DNA from: Smithella sp. PtaU1.Bin162
GTDB lineage: Bacteria > Desulfobacterota > Syntrophia > Syntrophales > Smithellaceae
Length of the DNA stretch: 64,000 nucleotides
Reading direction: 5' to 3'
NCBI GenBank assembly: GCA_002068015.1
Contig: MVRV01000029.1
Coordinates: 114,426-178,425 of the forward strand
Position 1 is the first letter of the stretch; each line of letters starts with the position of its first letter. Both the position numbers and the translations under genes were made by a program. A model generated the notes under the pieces. It saw only the letters and a program-made list of their open reading frames with translations. It had not been told where the DNA came from and did no database searches. Below are positions 51,645 to 61,574 of this stretch, piece after piece.

Positions 51645-51738
51645 CTTAAAATCCTCCTTCTAAATTTTTGTTTTTTTAAATACCACCCTTATAAAATTAA
51701 GGGATTCTCAATAAGTATCGGGCCGGCCGGGTTTTCAG

Positions 51739-52089
51739 CTATTTTTTCCCGGACTGTTTCGGTACAATCTTGGCTATCCGGGAAGCCACCAAGTTGCCGT
51801 TTTTTTCAACATACGCTATCTTTACGGCATCATTTACGGCGATATTTCCCACAGGCTTATCAAGAATGAACGTCATGGTTTCAACATTGTTTTTTACTGT
51901 GCGTTCAATCTTGATTGACGTATTCGTAATTTCGATGACTTTACCCGTGGCATTCATCTTTGCCGTTCTGGCAGGGATCACTTTTCCCGGGTCGGCTTTA
52001 GGAGCATTGGCAGTCGGTTTATCAGCGGCAAATGCTATTGCTGATAATAAAAAAACCGCACCGATTACATATATCAAAGTCTTTTTCAT
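51739..52089 (-). CDS. small secreted protein of unknown function
   Basis: The ATG at 52089 (RBS GGAGG at 52104-52100) gives MKKTLIYVIGAVFLLSAIAFA/ADKP, followed by a beta-rich mature domain of about 95 aa. The ORF-track start at 52143 is over-extended. Confidence 0.65.
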   Translation of the reverse strand: MKKTLIYVIGAVFLLSAIAFAADKPTANAPKADPGKVIPARTAKMNATGKVIEITNTSIKIERTVKNNVETMTFILDKPVGNIAVNDAVKIAYVEKNGNLVASRIAKIVPKQSGKK

Positions 52090-52126
52090 ATCCGTACTGC
52101 CTCCGTAAAGATTCACGGAGACTATT

Positions 52127-52142
52127 AGCAGTTTATGTGCCA
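52127..52142 (-). promoter_or_regulatory. sigma-54 (-24/-12) promoter
   Basis: The minus strand reads TGGCACATAAACTGCT. This is a perfect TGGCAC with exact GG-N10-GC spacing and one mismatch to TTGCW, about 38 nt upstream of the 52089 ATG. Confidence 0.65.
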
Positions 52143-52232
52143 AAAGAATAAAACTTTGTAATTTTTATAAACAATTGAATTTATTTAGTATAATATTAAA
52201 AATTGATTTTTTGAGTTTTTTTTAGAGCGAGC

Positions 52233-52275
52233 GATGGGGAATAATTCCCCATCAGATGGGAGATTATTCAACGAT
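52233..52275. promoter_or_regulatory. 21-bp palindrome plus adjacent half-degenerate copy (candidate enhancer site)
   Basis: GATGGGGAAT-A-ATTCCCCATC (52233-52253) is a perfect 10-1-10 palindrome about 90-110 bp upstream of the sigma-54 -24 element. It is followed by GATGGGAGATTATTCAACGAT (52255-52275). Confidence 0.45.
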
Positions 52276-52424
52276 AGGATAACATTGATGGATTGACCGG
52301 AGTAGTCTTTTTGTGTTACGCCGCAGGAACGAAAGATCCAGAACACACCGGGCCCCGGACAAAAGGACTATTTCCGCGGCGCCGGATCATTAGATGTTTT
52401 AATTCTTGAAACTGTAAAGGCTAC

Positions 52425-53795
52425 ATGACGCAGGATAAGAAAACAATTTTTGATGTTCTTGTAATTGGCGGTGGCGCTGCGGGGCTTATGGCGGCAGGCC
52501 GGGCCGGAGAGCTCGGAGCGAAAGTATTGCTTCTCGAGAAAATGGATAGCTGCGGTAAAAAAATTCTGGTCAGCGGCAAAACACGCTGCAATTTGACGAA
52601 TGCCGCAGGTCTGAAGGAATTTCTTACCATGTACGGTGTAAACGGAAGCTTTCTCCATAATGCTTTTCATTCATTCTTTCGTCCCGAGTTGCTGAACTTT
52701 TTTGAACGATACGGTGTCGCTACCAAGGAGGAAAGAGGCGGGAGAATATTTCCCGTTTCCGATGATGCCCGTGACGTCGTAAAAGCTTTAGGGAATTACC
52801 TGAAAAATTGTCATGTAAGGCTGGAATTAAACACCAAAGTAATTGCCGTCGAAAAAACTAAGGGCGCATTATTTGCGATCCGGACTGAGCAAGGTAATTA
52901 TCAGGCGCATGCTGTGATTCTGGCCACCGGGGGAGCCACCTGGCCGGAAACAGGTTCTACCGGCGACGGATATAAGATAGGCTCAGCCCTGGGGCACAAG
53001 ATAGTGGCACTCAAGCCGGCTCTGGTGCCGCTCATTGTTGAGGAAACGGATATTGTGCGGGCCATGCAGGATGTTTCTCTGCGCAATGTCCGGGCTACGG
53101 CATTTCGGGGAAAGGCCCGGGAAATTGATGCGACCTTGATTCCCGGAATCAACTATGGACGCGGTGAAAAAAAAATTCCGCGTCCGCCGGTTATCGAAAG
53201 CCGTTTCGGAGAAATGCTCTTTACTCATTTTGGTCTTGCCGGGCCGATCATTTTGCTCATGAGTCTCGCTGTCGGTGAAGCGCTCGGGAGCGGTCCCGTG
53301 GCGATATTAATTGATCTGAAGCCGGCGCTCTCCCGTGCTCAACTCCGTCTTAGACTGCAAAAAGATTTTGACGCGTCCGGGAAAAAAAATATTGCGGATA
53401 TTCTTAAAGATTATCTGCCCGGCAAAATGATTACATCGTTTGTTGCGCTTGCCGGTATTGATCCGGAAAAGCAGGCACATCAGATTAATGCCCGGGAAAA
53501 AGAAAACATTGTCGAACTTTTGAAGGCATTGCGGTTTAATATCAAGTCGCCGCTGCCCCTGCCGCGCGCCATAGTTACGGCAGGCGGAGTATCCTTAAAA
53601 GAGATCGATCCACGGACGATGGCCTCCCGGTTGATTCCGGGGCTTTACTTTTGCGGCGAGATCATGGATATTGATGCCGATACCGGTGGATACAATCTGC
53701 AGGCTGCATTTTCGACGGGGTATATAGCCGGCGAAAGCGCAGCCTGCTATAAGGCAGTTCCTCTGCTAAAAGGGAAATGCAGAAATCAGTCCTAA
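52425..53795 (+). CDS. HI0933/YhiN-family NAD(FAD)-utilizing flavoprotein
   Basis: 456 aa with FDVLVIGGGAAGLMAA, GKKILVSGKTRCNLTN and a C-terminal GEIMDIDADTGGYNLQ. Confidence 0.88.
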   Translation: MTQDKKTIFDVLVIGGGAAGLMAAGRAGELGAKVLLLEKMDSCGKKILVSGKTRCNLTNAAGLKEFLTMYGVNGSFLHNAFHSFFRPELLNFFERYGVATKEERGGRIFPVSDDARDVVKALGNYLKNCHVRLELNTKVIAVEKTKGALFAIRTEQGNYQAHAVILATGGATWPETGSTGDGYKIGSALGHKIVALKPALVPLIVEETDIVRAMQDVSLRNVRATAFRGKAREIDATLIPGINYGRGEKKIPRPPVIESRFGEMLFTHFGLAGPIILLMSLAVGEALGSGPVAILIDLKPALSRAQLRLRLQKDFDASGKKNIADILKDYLPGKMITSFVALAGIDPEKQAHQINAREKENIVELLKALRFNIKSPLPLPRAIVTAGGVSLKEIDPRTMASRLIPGLYFCGEIMDIDADTGGYNLQAAFSTGYIAGESAACYKAVPLLKGKCRNQS

Positions 53796-53841
53796 GGTTG
53801 GTATCACCGGGGATGTCCAAAAATTTTTGAAGGAGGGTTTA

Positions 53842-54504
53842 ATGGATTTTTTTCAGGCTTTAGAAAGCAGATCAAGCATGAGGGCTTTTTTACCCCGGGA
53901 AGTGGAAAGGGAACTTTTGGAAAAGATATTCCACGCGGTAAGGAAAAGTCCTTCTTACATGGATACCCAACCATGGGAAGTATACGTCGTGACAGGCAGA
54001 AAAAAAGAAGAACTTTCCGCCGAATTGCTGCAAACAGCTGAACAGAATGTGCCGGCGCGACCGGATTTTCCTTTTCCCAAAGTCTGGCCGGAAGCTCTGG
54101 AGGCGCGGGCAACCGCAAACCGGCTGAAAAGATTTGCGTTTCAGGGCATCGATACTGCCGATAAGGCGAAGATTCGCGCCAGCTATTTGCGTAATTTTGT
54201 TTTTTTTGACGCTCCCTGCTGTATTTTCGTGGGGCTCGATCAAGTTCTAACTCCCTGGTCGATGTTTGACCTGGGAGTTTTCGTCCACGGCTTGTTGTTG
54301 GCCCTTCATGCGGAGGGGCTGGGCGGCTGTCCGCAGGCCTTGGTTACGGCTTATCCCGATATAATCCGCAGACACCTGAATATCCCGGACAATATAAAAA
54401 TTGCTCTCTGTGTTTCGCTGGGTTATCCCGATCCCGCGGCGACGATTAATCAATACAGAGCGCTGAGAAAGGATGTCCGGGACTTCGTGCACTGGTGCGG
54501 CTGA
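53842..54504 (+). CDS. nitroreductase-family protein
   Basis: The ATG at 53842 follows AAGGAGGG. The sequence MDFFQALESRSSMRAFL...PSYMDTQPW is typical of the FMN nitroreductase fold. Confidence 0.85.
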   Translation: MDFFQALESRSSMRAFLPREVERELLEKIFHAVRKSPSYMDTQPWEVYVVTGRKKEELSAELLQTAEQNVPARPDFPFPKVWPEALEARATANRLKRFAFQGIDTADKAKIRASYLRNFVFFDAPCCIFVGLDQVLTPWSMFDLGVFVHGLLLALHAEGLGGCPQALVTAYPDIIRRHLNIPDNIKIALCVSLGYPDPAATINQYRALRKDVRDFVHWCG

Positions 54505-54536
54505 ATCCGCGGGACCGAACGCGAGCAATTGTTTTT

Positions 54537-54887
54537 CTATAATTCCGGAGCGCCTGCAGGAATGAGGCAGGCGAAAATAAAAAGTTCTTGGCCCGTATTG
54601 CGCATTTGATGTTCTTCATTGGGCGGAACGAACACAACAGTCCCCGCCTCAATGGGATTCCATTTGCCGTTGCCGTATACTTCAGCTTTACCGGAATGAA
54701 CGAAGATTTCATGTTCCCAGGCGTGGGCATGTTTCGGCGTATGTCCTCCGGGAGCGACCTCAAATATCCGCATGCAAAAATTATTTGCACCGTCCTTCTT
54801 GCCGATCATCACGCGTCCGGCAATACCCTTGGCGTGGTCATTATCAATCAAAGTCGGTGTAACGGAAGTGTATTTGGTAATTTTCAT
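54537..54887 (-). CDS. cupin-domain protein
   Basis: The ATG at 54887 follows TAAGGAGGAA. The cupin motifs are GGHTPKHAHAWEHEIFVHSG and GTVVFVPPNEEH. Confidence 0.8.
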   Translation of the reverse strand: MKITKYTSVTPTLIDNDHAKGIAGRVMIGKKDGANNFCMRIFEVAPGGHTPKHAHAWEHEIFVHSGKAEVYGNGKWNPIEAGTVVFVPPNEEHQMRNTGQELFIFACLIPAGAPEL

Positions 54888-54903
54888 CTTTTCCTCCTTA
54901 TAT

Positions 54904-56259
54904 TTATAACAGTGTTGTAAATATTTCACTCAACGTCGGATGGGGAATCACCCAGGAGCGCAGCTGTTTTCTGGTCATTGCCTGGGATACGGCAAGTGCC
55001 AGCGGAGCAATAAGATCGGCGGCATGTTCGCCGACTAAGGTAGCGCCGATGATCTTGTCCTGATAAAAAAGGGCTTGCGCAAAACCCTGTCCCAAAAGTT
55101 CCGTACGGGCGATAATGTTGGCTCCGTAACCGGATTGCAATACTTCGATGTTTATACCCAGGGCATAAGCCGAGTGTTTTGTAAATCCCACATGCGCTAC
55201 CTGCGGATGGCTGTAAACGACGGAAGGAATGAAGTTTTCATTATACTGCGGCGGGACCAGACCGCAGACGGTACAAGCGGCGACTTTTCCCTGTTCGGCC
55301 GCCCGGTGGGCGAGCATCATGCCGCCGGTTACGTCTCCTACCGCATAAATGCCCGCAACGCTGGTCATCATCTGTTCGTTAACCTTTATTCCTTTCTTGT
55401 CATAGGAGATCCCGCTCCTTTCCAGTTCGTTTATTCTCAGGGATGGTTTCCGGCCGGTGCAAAGCAGTGCATAATCGGCAGAAAGTTCCACTTGTCCTGA
55501 GTTTTTCCGGGCCGTGATGAAGACGCGGTTGTTTTTTTCCGTAACTGCGGTAAGTTGTGCCCCGGTATGCACGGCAATACCAGCGCGCGTCATTTCCTGC
55601 GTTAACAAAACGGCCGCCTCTTCGTCTTTCTGGGGTAAAATGCGTTCCAGCATTTCCAGAAGAGTTACTTCTACGCCCAGTTCCGCAAGAAAAGTCGCCA
55701 GTTCAATGCCGATGAAACTGCCGCCGATGATGACGATGCTTCCCGGCAGAAAGTCTAAATTCAATATACTGTCGGAAGTCAATATCCGTTCGGAAAGATT
55801 TATTCCGGGTAGTATCTGCGTCTCTGAGCCCCAGGCAATAACAATATTGTCCGTCGTTACATTTTCAATTTCTCCTGCCGGATCAACGGTTAGTATTTCC
55901 CGGGCGGAGAGAATTTCCGCCTCTCCCGTTTTCATGGTCACATTAGCGCCGGCGAGAATCTTTTGCGCACCGAGCGCCGCCGTTTTTACCATTTGCTGCT
56001 GATGTTTTTTTATGGCGGCAAAGTCAAAACCGGCGGAAGCAACGTTTATTCCGAGCCTTTTGAGTTTTTTCAGATCGGCGTAATGTTTGCTGCAGGCGAG
56101 CAGTGCTTTCGTGGGAATACATCCGCGGTGGGTGCACGTTCCGCCCCAGCCGCTCTTTTCAATGATAAGTACACGTTTTCCGGCTGTGCCTGCGCACTTT
56201 GCCGCCTCAATCCCTCCGGGTCCACCGCCCACCACAACCAGATCATATTTGTCAGCCAT
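54904..56259 (-). CDS. lpd: dihydrolipoyl dehydrogenase (L protein) / pyridine nucleotide-disulfide oxidoreductase
   Basis: 451 aa with DLVVVGGGPGG, the redox disulfide GGTCTHRGCIPTK, a second Rossmann motif IIGGSFIGIE and a C-terminal HPTLSE. Confidence 0.88.
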   Translation of the reverse strand: MADKYDLVVVGGGPGGIEAAKCAGTAGKRVLIIEKSGWGGTCTHRGCIPTKALLACSKHYADLKKLKRLGINVASAGFDFAAIKKHQQQMVKTAALGAQKILAGANVTMKTGEAEILSAREILTVDPAGEIENVTTDNIVIAWGSETQILPGINLSERILTSDSILNLDFLPGSIVIIGGSFIGIELATFLAELGVEVTLLEMLERILPQKDEEAAVLLTQEMTRAGIAVHTGAQLTAVTEKNNRVFITARKNSGQVELSADYALLCTGRKPSLRINELERSGISYDKKGIKVNEQMMTSVAGIYAVGDVTGGMMLAHRAAEQGKVAACTVCGLVPPQYNENFIPSVVYSHPQVAHVGFTKHSAYALGINIEVLQSGYGANIIARTELLGQGFAQALFYQDKIIGATLVGEHAADLIAPLALAVSQAMTRKQLRSWVIPHPTLSEIFTTLL

Positions 56260-56389
56260 TTTTTATTCCATTATTGAAGAATCAGATTTGTTGACGATAC
56301 TACATTCTTGACAAAGAAACAATACGCGGCAATTACAGCAAAAAGGAAAAAAGAGGTGTTCCGGATATGGCTTTTGCGGCAATCGTTTA

Positions 56390-56953
56390 TTATGACAAGA
56401 AGGCTACAGCCAGATGCTGGGGGCCGTCTGCTCCCCGGGAGTGCCATAGGCGGACGATTCTGGCATGCTGTTCGTATCGTCCGGTGCTGTTGTGAATAGT
56501 AAGCAGTATTGTTTCGTCCACCCGGAGAGTTGGCTTTGTTCCGGTAGAGCGGACAAGATGAGCGCCGCCGGAAGATATATCAACGATCTCCAGTAAATCG
56601 TTACCGAGCAGAATTTTCATATCCGGTTCGGGCCTGTGCCGCTCATGAACCCTGAGATCGCAGACTTTGCTTGATTCCAGAGGTTCGGCAATTATAACCG
56701 GAAATCCTCTTCCAACGGTGACATATCCTTCGTGAATATCAACAATCCTTGCCTGGAAACAACGGCGGATGTGACGGTCTTCCCGGAGCAAATATGTTAC
56801 GAGAATTGTCTTATTGACATGCTCGGCGGAAAGCGGCGGTGCAATCTGCAGCAAAACAATTCTGCCCTCCACAATATCCTGAACGGAGGAGGCGCGAATT
56901 ACTCCGTGTTCTATGACGATATCAACAGTCTGTCCGATTTGTATTTCCGGCAA
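56390..56953 (-). CDS. PilZ-domain (c-di-GMP-binding) protein, YcgR-like two-domain architecture
   Basis: 187 aa with a TTG start. It has RVHERHR (RxxxR) followed by VDISSGGA (DxSxxG). Confidence 0.65.
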   Translation of the reverse strand: MPEIQIGQTVDIVIEHGVIRASSVQDIVEGRIVLLQIAPPLSAEHVNKTILVTYLLREDRHIRRCFQARIVDIHEGYVTVGRGFPVIIAEPLESSKVCDLRVHERHRPEPDMKILLGNDLLEIVDISSGGAHLVRSTGTKPTLRVDETILLTIHNSTGRYEQHARIVRLWHSRGADGPQHLAVAFLS

Positions 56954-57076
56954 AATTCCTATTCCTTTCTACTCTCAGAAAACAGGATCAATTTTTGCAA
57001 CACAGAAATTGCCCAAGCGGATATTCCTGTTACATAATCCAAAAATCTTTTTCCGGCAATATAAATACGTCGCGGT

Positions 57077-57811
57077 TTACATCATCTTGCGGATGCGCAC
57101 TTCGATATTTTTCTCGCTTTTGAGCAGCTCTATCAGTTTTTGTGCATCCGTATTGCCGTAATGGTAGGGATAAAGAATCCCCGGTTGGAAGGCTCTGGTG
57201 GCATCGGCGACCATTTCCGGCGTCATAGTATAGGGTATATTCATCGGCAGAAAAGCGATATCGATATTGCGCAGGTTCTTCATTTCCGGAACGTTTTCCG
57301 TATCTCCCGCAACATAGATGTGTTTATCCGCGCAGGTGATCACATAACCGTTTCCCGTGCCCCTGGGATGAAAGGGAGTGCCGGGAGAGCGCATATGGAC
57401 TATATTGTAAGCGGGTACCGCTTCAATCTTTATTCCCTGCACGGTTTTTTCATCGCCGTTTTTAAGAATGAAACTGCCCGGAATTTTTCGGGCGACGATT
57501 TCCGTCGTTAAGAATACGGTTTTCTCCGTTTTAACGGCGGCAAGTGCCTGGATGTCGAAATGATCGGAGTGTTCGTGAGTTATGAGGATCAAATCGGCCT
57601 TTGGCAATTTGCCGTAATCGGCGTACTGGCTTACGGGGTCGATATAAATAGTTTTCCGGTCGAAAGATATCATCAGAGTTCCGTGACCGATAAAAGTTAT
57701 GGCAAGATCGCCCTGATTTGTCTTAAAAATATCGGTTGCGAAATTATTGTCTGCGGCCATAGTTGTTCCTCCCAGAAAGAAAATGCATACAATAAGGAAA
57801 AGTTTTTTCAT
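57077..57811 (-). CDS. secreted MBL-fold metallo-hydrolase
   Basis: 244 aa with a signal peptide and the HxHxDH motif ITHEHSDHFD. Confidence 0.8.
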   Translation of the reverse strand: MKKLFLIVCIFFLGGTTMAADNNFATDIFKTNQGDLAITFIGHGTLMISFDRKTIYIDPVSQYADYGKLPKADLILITHEHSDHFDIQALAAVKTEKTVFLTTEIVARKIPGSFILKNGDEKTVQGIKIEAVPAYNIVHMRSPGTPFHPRGTGNGYVITCADKHIYVAGDTENVPEMKNLRNIDIAFLPMNIPYTMTPEMVADATRAFQPGILYPYHYGNTDAQKLIELLKSEKNIEVRIRKMM

Positions 57812-57838
57812 ACTACTCTCCTTTTGTTTTTCTCCGTT

Positions 57839-58708
57839 TTACAGCCCCGCCTGTGCCGCATGATAAGAGCTGCGCACCAACGGGCCTGCTTCCACATAGC
57901 GGATGCCTTTTTGCCGGGCAATGCTTTTTAGCTCGGCAAATTCATCGGGATGATAATAGCGGGCAACCGGCCAGTGCTTTAAAGTCGGCTGCTGATATTG
58001 TCCGATGGTCAGGCGCTCGCAGGAAACATCGGCTAAATCATCCATTAAATGTAAAATATCATCCCTGTCTTCACCCAGTCCCACCATAAAACCGCTTTTG
58101 GAGACAAGAGCCGATGCCACTACCCTTTGCAGAAGTTCCAGAGATACGGTGTAATTGCCCTGGGGGCGCAGCCGGGAAAATAATGACGGGACGGTCTCCA
58201 TGTTATGGTTGACTACATCAGGGCCGGCGGCAATGACTTTTGCCAGTGCCGCCTCTCCGCCCTGAAAATCGGGAATCAAGACTTCGATTTGGCAGCCGGG
58301 TACAGCCACCCGCAGCGCTTCAATCGAGCGGGCAAAAATTCCGGCGCCGCCGTCCGGCAAATCGTCACGGGTGACCGATGTCAGGACAACGTATTTAAGG
58401 TGCATCTTTTGTACGGCGGATATAAGATATTCCGTTTCTGCCTCGTCCGGCGGCCGGGGTATCCCATGTTCTACATTACAATAAAGGCAATGGCGGGTGC
58501 AGATATTGCCGAGAAGTAAAAAAGTCGCCGTGCCGCAGGCAAAACATTCGGCGATATTGGGGCAGGCCGCTTCCTGGCATATGGTATGGAGTTTAAGATC
58601 CGCAAGAGTTGTTTTCATCTTCCGGCACTCGGGCGCTATAGGTGGTCGAACCTTCAGCCAGGGCGGCTTACGGAGAAGGCGAGGTTTTCCTTGCAGATCG
58701 TTATTCAT
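57839..58708 (-). CDS. lipA: lipoyl synthase
   Basis: 289 aa with CPNIAEC and the radical-SAM CTRHCLYC cluster motifs, plus a C-terminal RSSYHA. Confidence 0.93.
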   Translation of the reverse strand: MNNDLQGKPRLLRKPPWLKVRPPIAPECRKMKTTLADLKLHTICQEAACPNIAECFACGTATFLLLGNICTRHCLYCNVEHGIPRPPDEAETEYLISAVQKMHLKYVVLTSVTRDDLPDGGAGIFARSIEALRVAVPGCQIEVLIPDFQGGEAALAKVIAAGPDVVNHNMETVPSLFSRLRPQGNYTVSLELLQRVVASALVSKSGFMVGLGEDRDDILHLMDDLADVSCERLTIGQYQQPTLKHWPVARYYHPDEFAELKSIARQKGIRYVEAGPLVRSSYHAAQAGL

Positions 58709-58790
58709 AAATCAATTTATCAAAGTAAAAGCGGTAAACATAAGCGTTACGATTAACACATCTGCCGGGATGTTTTAAGACCGATTATAT

Positions 58791-60233
58791 TTAAGCCCTT
58801 TTCCAGCAGACATCCGGCTTGCGGGCGGCCAGCACTTCGTCGAGCCGGCAGACCGGTGTTGTCAAAGGGGCATCCTTGAGTTTTTGCGGGTTTGCTTTGG
58901 CCTCGCCGGCGATGATGATCATGGCCTCACAAAATGCATCGAGCGTTTCCCTGCTTTCTGTCTCCGTGGGTTCAATCATTATGGCTTCGGGGACGATAAG
59001 CGGAAAATAGATTGTCGGAGGATGATAACCAAAGTCAATAAGTCTTTTGGCAATATCCGTTGTGTGTACGCCGTTTTCCGCCACCTGCCGGGAACCGGAA
59101 AAAACGCATTCGTGCATGCAGACGCGGTCATAAGGCAAATCAAAGTGCGGTTTTAATTTTTCCTTGACGTAGTTGGCGTTGAGGACGGCCATTTCCGTGG
59201 CGTGCCGGAGACCGTGGGCTCCGAGCGAGCGGATATAAGTGTAGGCTTTGACGATGACATTAAAATTGCCGTAAAACGTCCGCACCCGGCCGATCGTATC
59301 GGGAAAATCCCCCGACCATTGAAAACCCTTCCCGGTATGTACAATACGCGGTATGGGGAGAAAATCGACCAGGGCTTTGCTTACGCCTACCGGACCGCTG
59401 CCCGGGCCGCCTCCGCCGTGCGGTGTGGAAAAGGTTTTATGCAGGTTAAGCTGGATGACATCAAATCCTATATCGCCGGGCCGGGCAATACCGAGGAAGG
59501 CGTTGGAGTTGGCGCCGTCGCCGTAGAGCAGGCCGCCTTGAGCATGGATGATACGGGCGACTTCTTCGATGTTGCGTTCAAAAAAACCCAGCGTGTTGGG
59601 ATTGGTGAGCATCAGAGCTGCAACATCGCGAGTCATAAGAGAGCGCAGATGATTAATATCAACGCCACCGTCCGGGTTGGAGCGCAGGGTTACGACTTCA
59701 AATCCGCAAAGCGCACTGGAAGCCGGATTGGTGCCGTGCGCGGCATCGGGGATGATGATGCGTCGGCGTTTTTCACCTTTTTTTTCAAAATATTTTTTAA
59801 TCATCATAACGCCGGTGAGTTCACCGTGCGCGCCGGCTGCCGGCTGCAGGGTAAATGCGGCCATGCCGAAAATATTGCACAAATAGCGCTGCATTTCGTC
59901 AAGCAACTGCAGGTTGCCCTGGGCCGCGTCATCGTCGGCATAAGGATGCAACCCGGTGAACCCCGGCAGGGCCGCGGCATTTTCATTGGCTTTGGGATTA
60001 TATTTCATAGTGCAGGAACCGAGCGGATAAAAACCTAAGTCAACGCCGAAATTACGCCGCGACAGATTGGTGTAATGGCGGATTAAATCGATTTCGGCCA
60101 CTTCCGGCAAATCAAGTTCCGTGCGTAAATATTTATTGCCGATCGCTTCATGGAGGGTTACCTCCGGGACGTCGCTTTGGGGAACCGTGACGGCGCAGCG
60201 CCCCGGTTTGCTTTTTTCAAATATCAATTCCAT
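58791..60233 (-). CDS. gcvPB: glycine dehydrogenase (decarboxylating) subunit 2
   Basis: 480 aa with the PLP-lysine context [17 protein letters not shown]. Confidence 0.95.
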   Translation of the reverse strand: MELIFEKSKPGRCAVTVPQSDVPEVTLHEAIGNKYLRTELDLPEVAEIDLIRHYTNLSRRNFGVDLGFYPLGSCTMKYNPKANENAAALPGFTGLHPYADDDAAQGNLQLLDEMQRYLCNIFGMAAFTLQPAAGAHGELTGVMMIKKYFEKKGEKRRRIIIPDAAHGTNPASSALCGFEVVTLRSNPDGGVDINHLRSLMTRDVAALMLTNPNTLGFFERNIEEVARIIHAQGGLLYGDGANSNAFLGIARPGDIGFDVIQLNLHKTFSTPHGGGGPGSGPVGVSKALVDFLPIPRIVHTGKGFQWSGDFPDTIGRVRTFYGNFNVIVKAYTYIRSLGAHGLRHATEMAVLNANYVKEKLKPHFDLPYDRVCMHECVFSGSRQVAENGVHTTDIAKRLIDFGYHPPTIYFPLIVPEAIMIEPTETESRETLDAFCEAMIIIAGEAKANPQKLKDAPLTTPVCRLDEVLAARKPDVCWKRA

Positions 60234-60248
60234 GTTGCAACTCCATCA

Positions 60249-61574
60249 TCACTTTAAAATCGCAATCACGCGATCAATATCATTTTTGGAGACTAGTTCC
60301 GTGGCGCAGAAAAGCAAGCTGTTTTCCAATTCAGGATAGTCTTTCTGCATTTCATAGGCGCCGGAAATCCCTTCTTTCTTCAGTTTTTCGTTAATCACGC
60401 GTGGATTGGGGCAACGCAGGGCAAATTCATTATAGACTGGTGCTGAAAAAACTTCTTCCCAGCCGGGAATGCACAAAAGCTGCTTTTTTAAATACTGTGT
60501 CTTTTGAACATTCAGAACAGCCAGTTTGGCCAGGTTGGGGCCTAAGGCAGCAAGGTATACTCCGGCGGCCAGAGCGCACAGCGCTTCATTGGAGCAGATA
60601 TTGGAAGTTGCTTTTTCGCGGCGGATGTGCTGTTCACGGGTCTGGAGGGTTAAAACAAATCCGCGCCTACCGTTTTTGTCGACGGTGGCTCCAACAAGCC
60701 TTCCGGGAATCCGGCGCAGAAATTTCTCCCGGGCGGCGAAAATTCCCAGATAGGGGCCGCCATAGTTGAGAGGATTGCCAAAGCTCTGGCCTTCTCCCAC
60801 GACAAAATCCGCGCCCGCCTCCCCTGCCGGTTTTAAAATGCCCAGAGCAGTGCCGTCGGTAAATCCGGCGATCAGCAGGGCGCCGCTTTCATGCACTGCA
60901 TCGGCAAGGGGTGCAATATCTTCAATGACACCGAAGAAATTGGGACTTTGCACCAGAACCGCCGCGACATTGTCAGAAAGTTCCTGCTTCAGTATGTCCG
61001 GATCGATCTGACCGGACCGCTGATAAGGTATTTCACAAACATCGTAGCCGTTGGCCCACGCATAGGTGCGTACAACAGACCGGTATTCGGGATGAACGGA
61101 GCGGGCAAACAAAATTCTGGGACGCGCAAGTGTTTTGGCTGCAAGAATCGCGGCCTCCGCCATAGCCGTAGCTCCGTCATACATGGAGGCGTTGGCGACT
61201 TCCATACCGGTGAGGCGGGCGATCATGGTCTGATATTCGTAAATGGCCTGCAGGATTCCCTGACTTATTTCCGCCTGATAAGGGGTATAAGCCGTGTAAA
61301 ATTCAGCCCGGTTCACCATATGACCGACAACCGCGGGGATAAAATGACGGTAGGCTCCGGCGCCGGTCAGGGTCAAACTCGGCAGTTTATTTTTTTCGCT
61401 GATAGAGCTTAGCAGGGCCGTTGTTTCCTGCTCGGAGATAGCCCCAGGAATTTCCGGCAGGGAATTCAATCGAAATTTTTGCGGAATGTCGGCAAATAAT
61501 TCTTCGAGATCGCCGATTCCGATTTCCGCTTTCATCCGGACTATGTCTTCGGAAGTGTGGGGCGTGTAATCCAT
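60249..61574 (-). CDS. gcvPA: glycine dehydrogenase (decarboxylating) subunit 1
   Basis: 441 aa with typical GcvPA sequence (YTPYQAEISQG). The start overlaps the gcvH stop. Confidence 0.95.
   Translation of the reverse strand: MDYTPHTSEDIVRMKAEIGIGDLEELFADIPQKFRLNSLPEIPGAISEQETTALLSSISEKNKLPSLTLTGAGAYRHFIPAVVGHMVNRAEFYTAYTPYQAEISQGILQAIYEYQTMIARLTGMEVANASMYDGATAMAEAAILAAKTLARPRILFARSVHPEYRSVVRTYAWANGYDVCEIPYQRSGQIDPDILKQELSDNVAAVLVQSPNFFGVIEDIAPLADAVHESGALLIAGFTDGTALGILKPAGEAGADFVVGEGQSFGNPLNYGGPYLGIFAAREKFLRRIPGRLVGATVDKNGRRGFVLTLQTREQHIRREKATSNICSNEALCALAAGVYLAALGPNLAKLAVLNVQKTQYLKKQLLCIPGWEEVFSAPVYNEFALRCPNPRVINEKLKKEGISGAYEMQKDYPELENSLLFCATELVSKNDIDRVIAILK

Noticed and set aside
51478-51663. 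Plus-strand mirror ORF of the Ala/Lys-rich gene.
   Set aside because: GC(N)/AA(N) repeats read open in both directions. Only the minus-strand frame has an RBS, a signal peptide and a downstream terminator.
59202-60038. 278-aa plus-strand ORF overlapping gcvPB.
   Set aside because: The opposite strand encodes an unmistakable glycine dehydrogenase subunit 2. This ORF has no start context or motifs.
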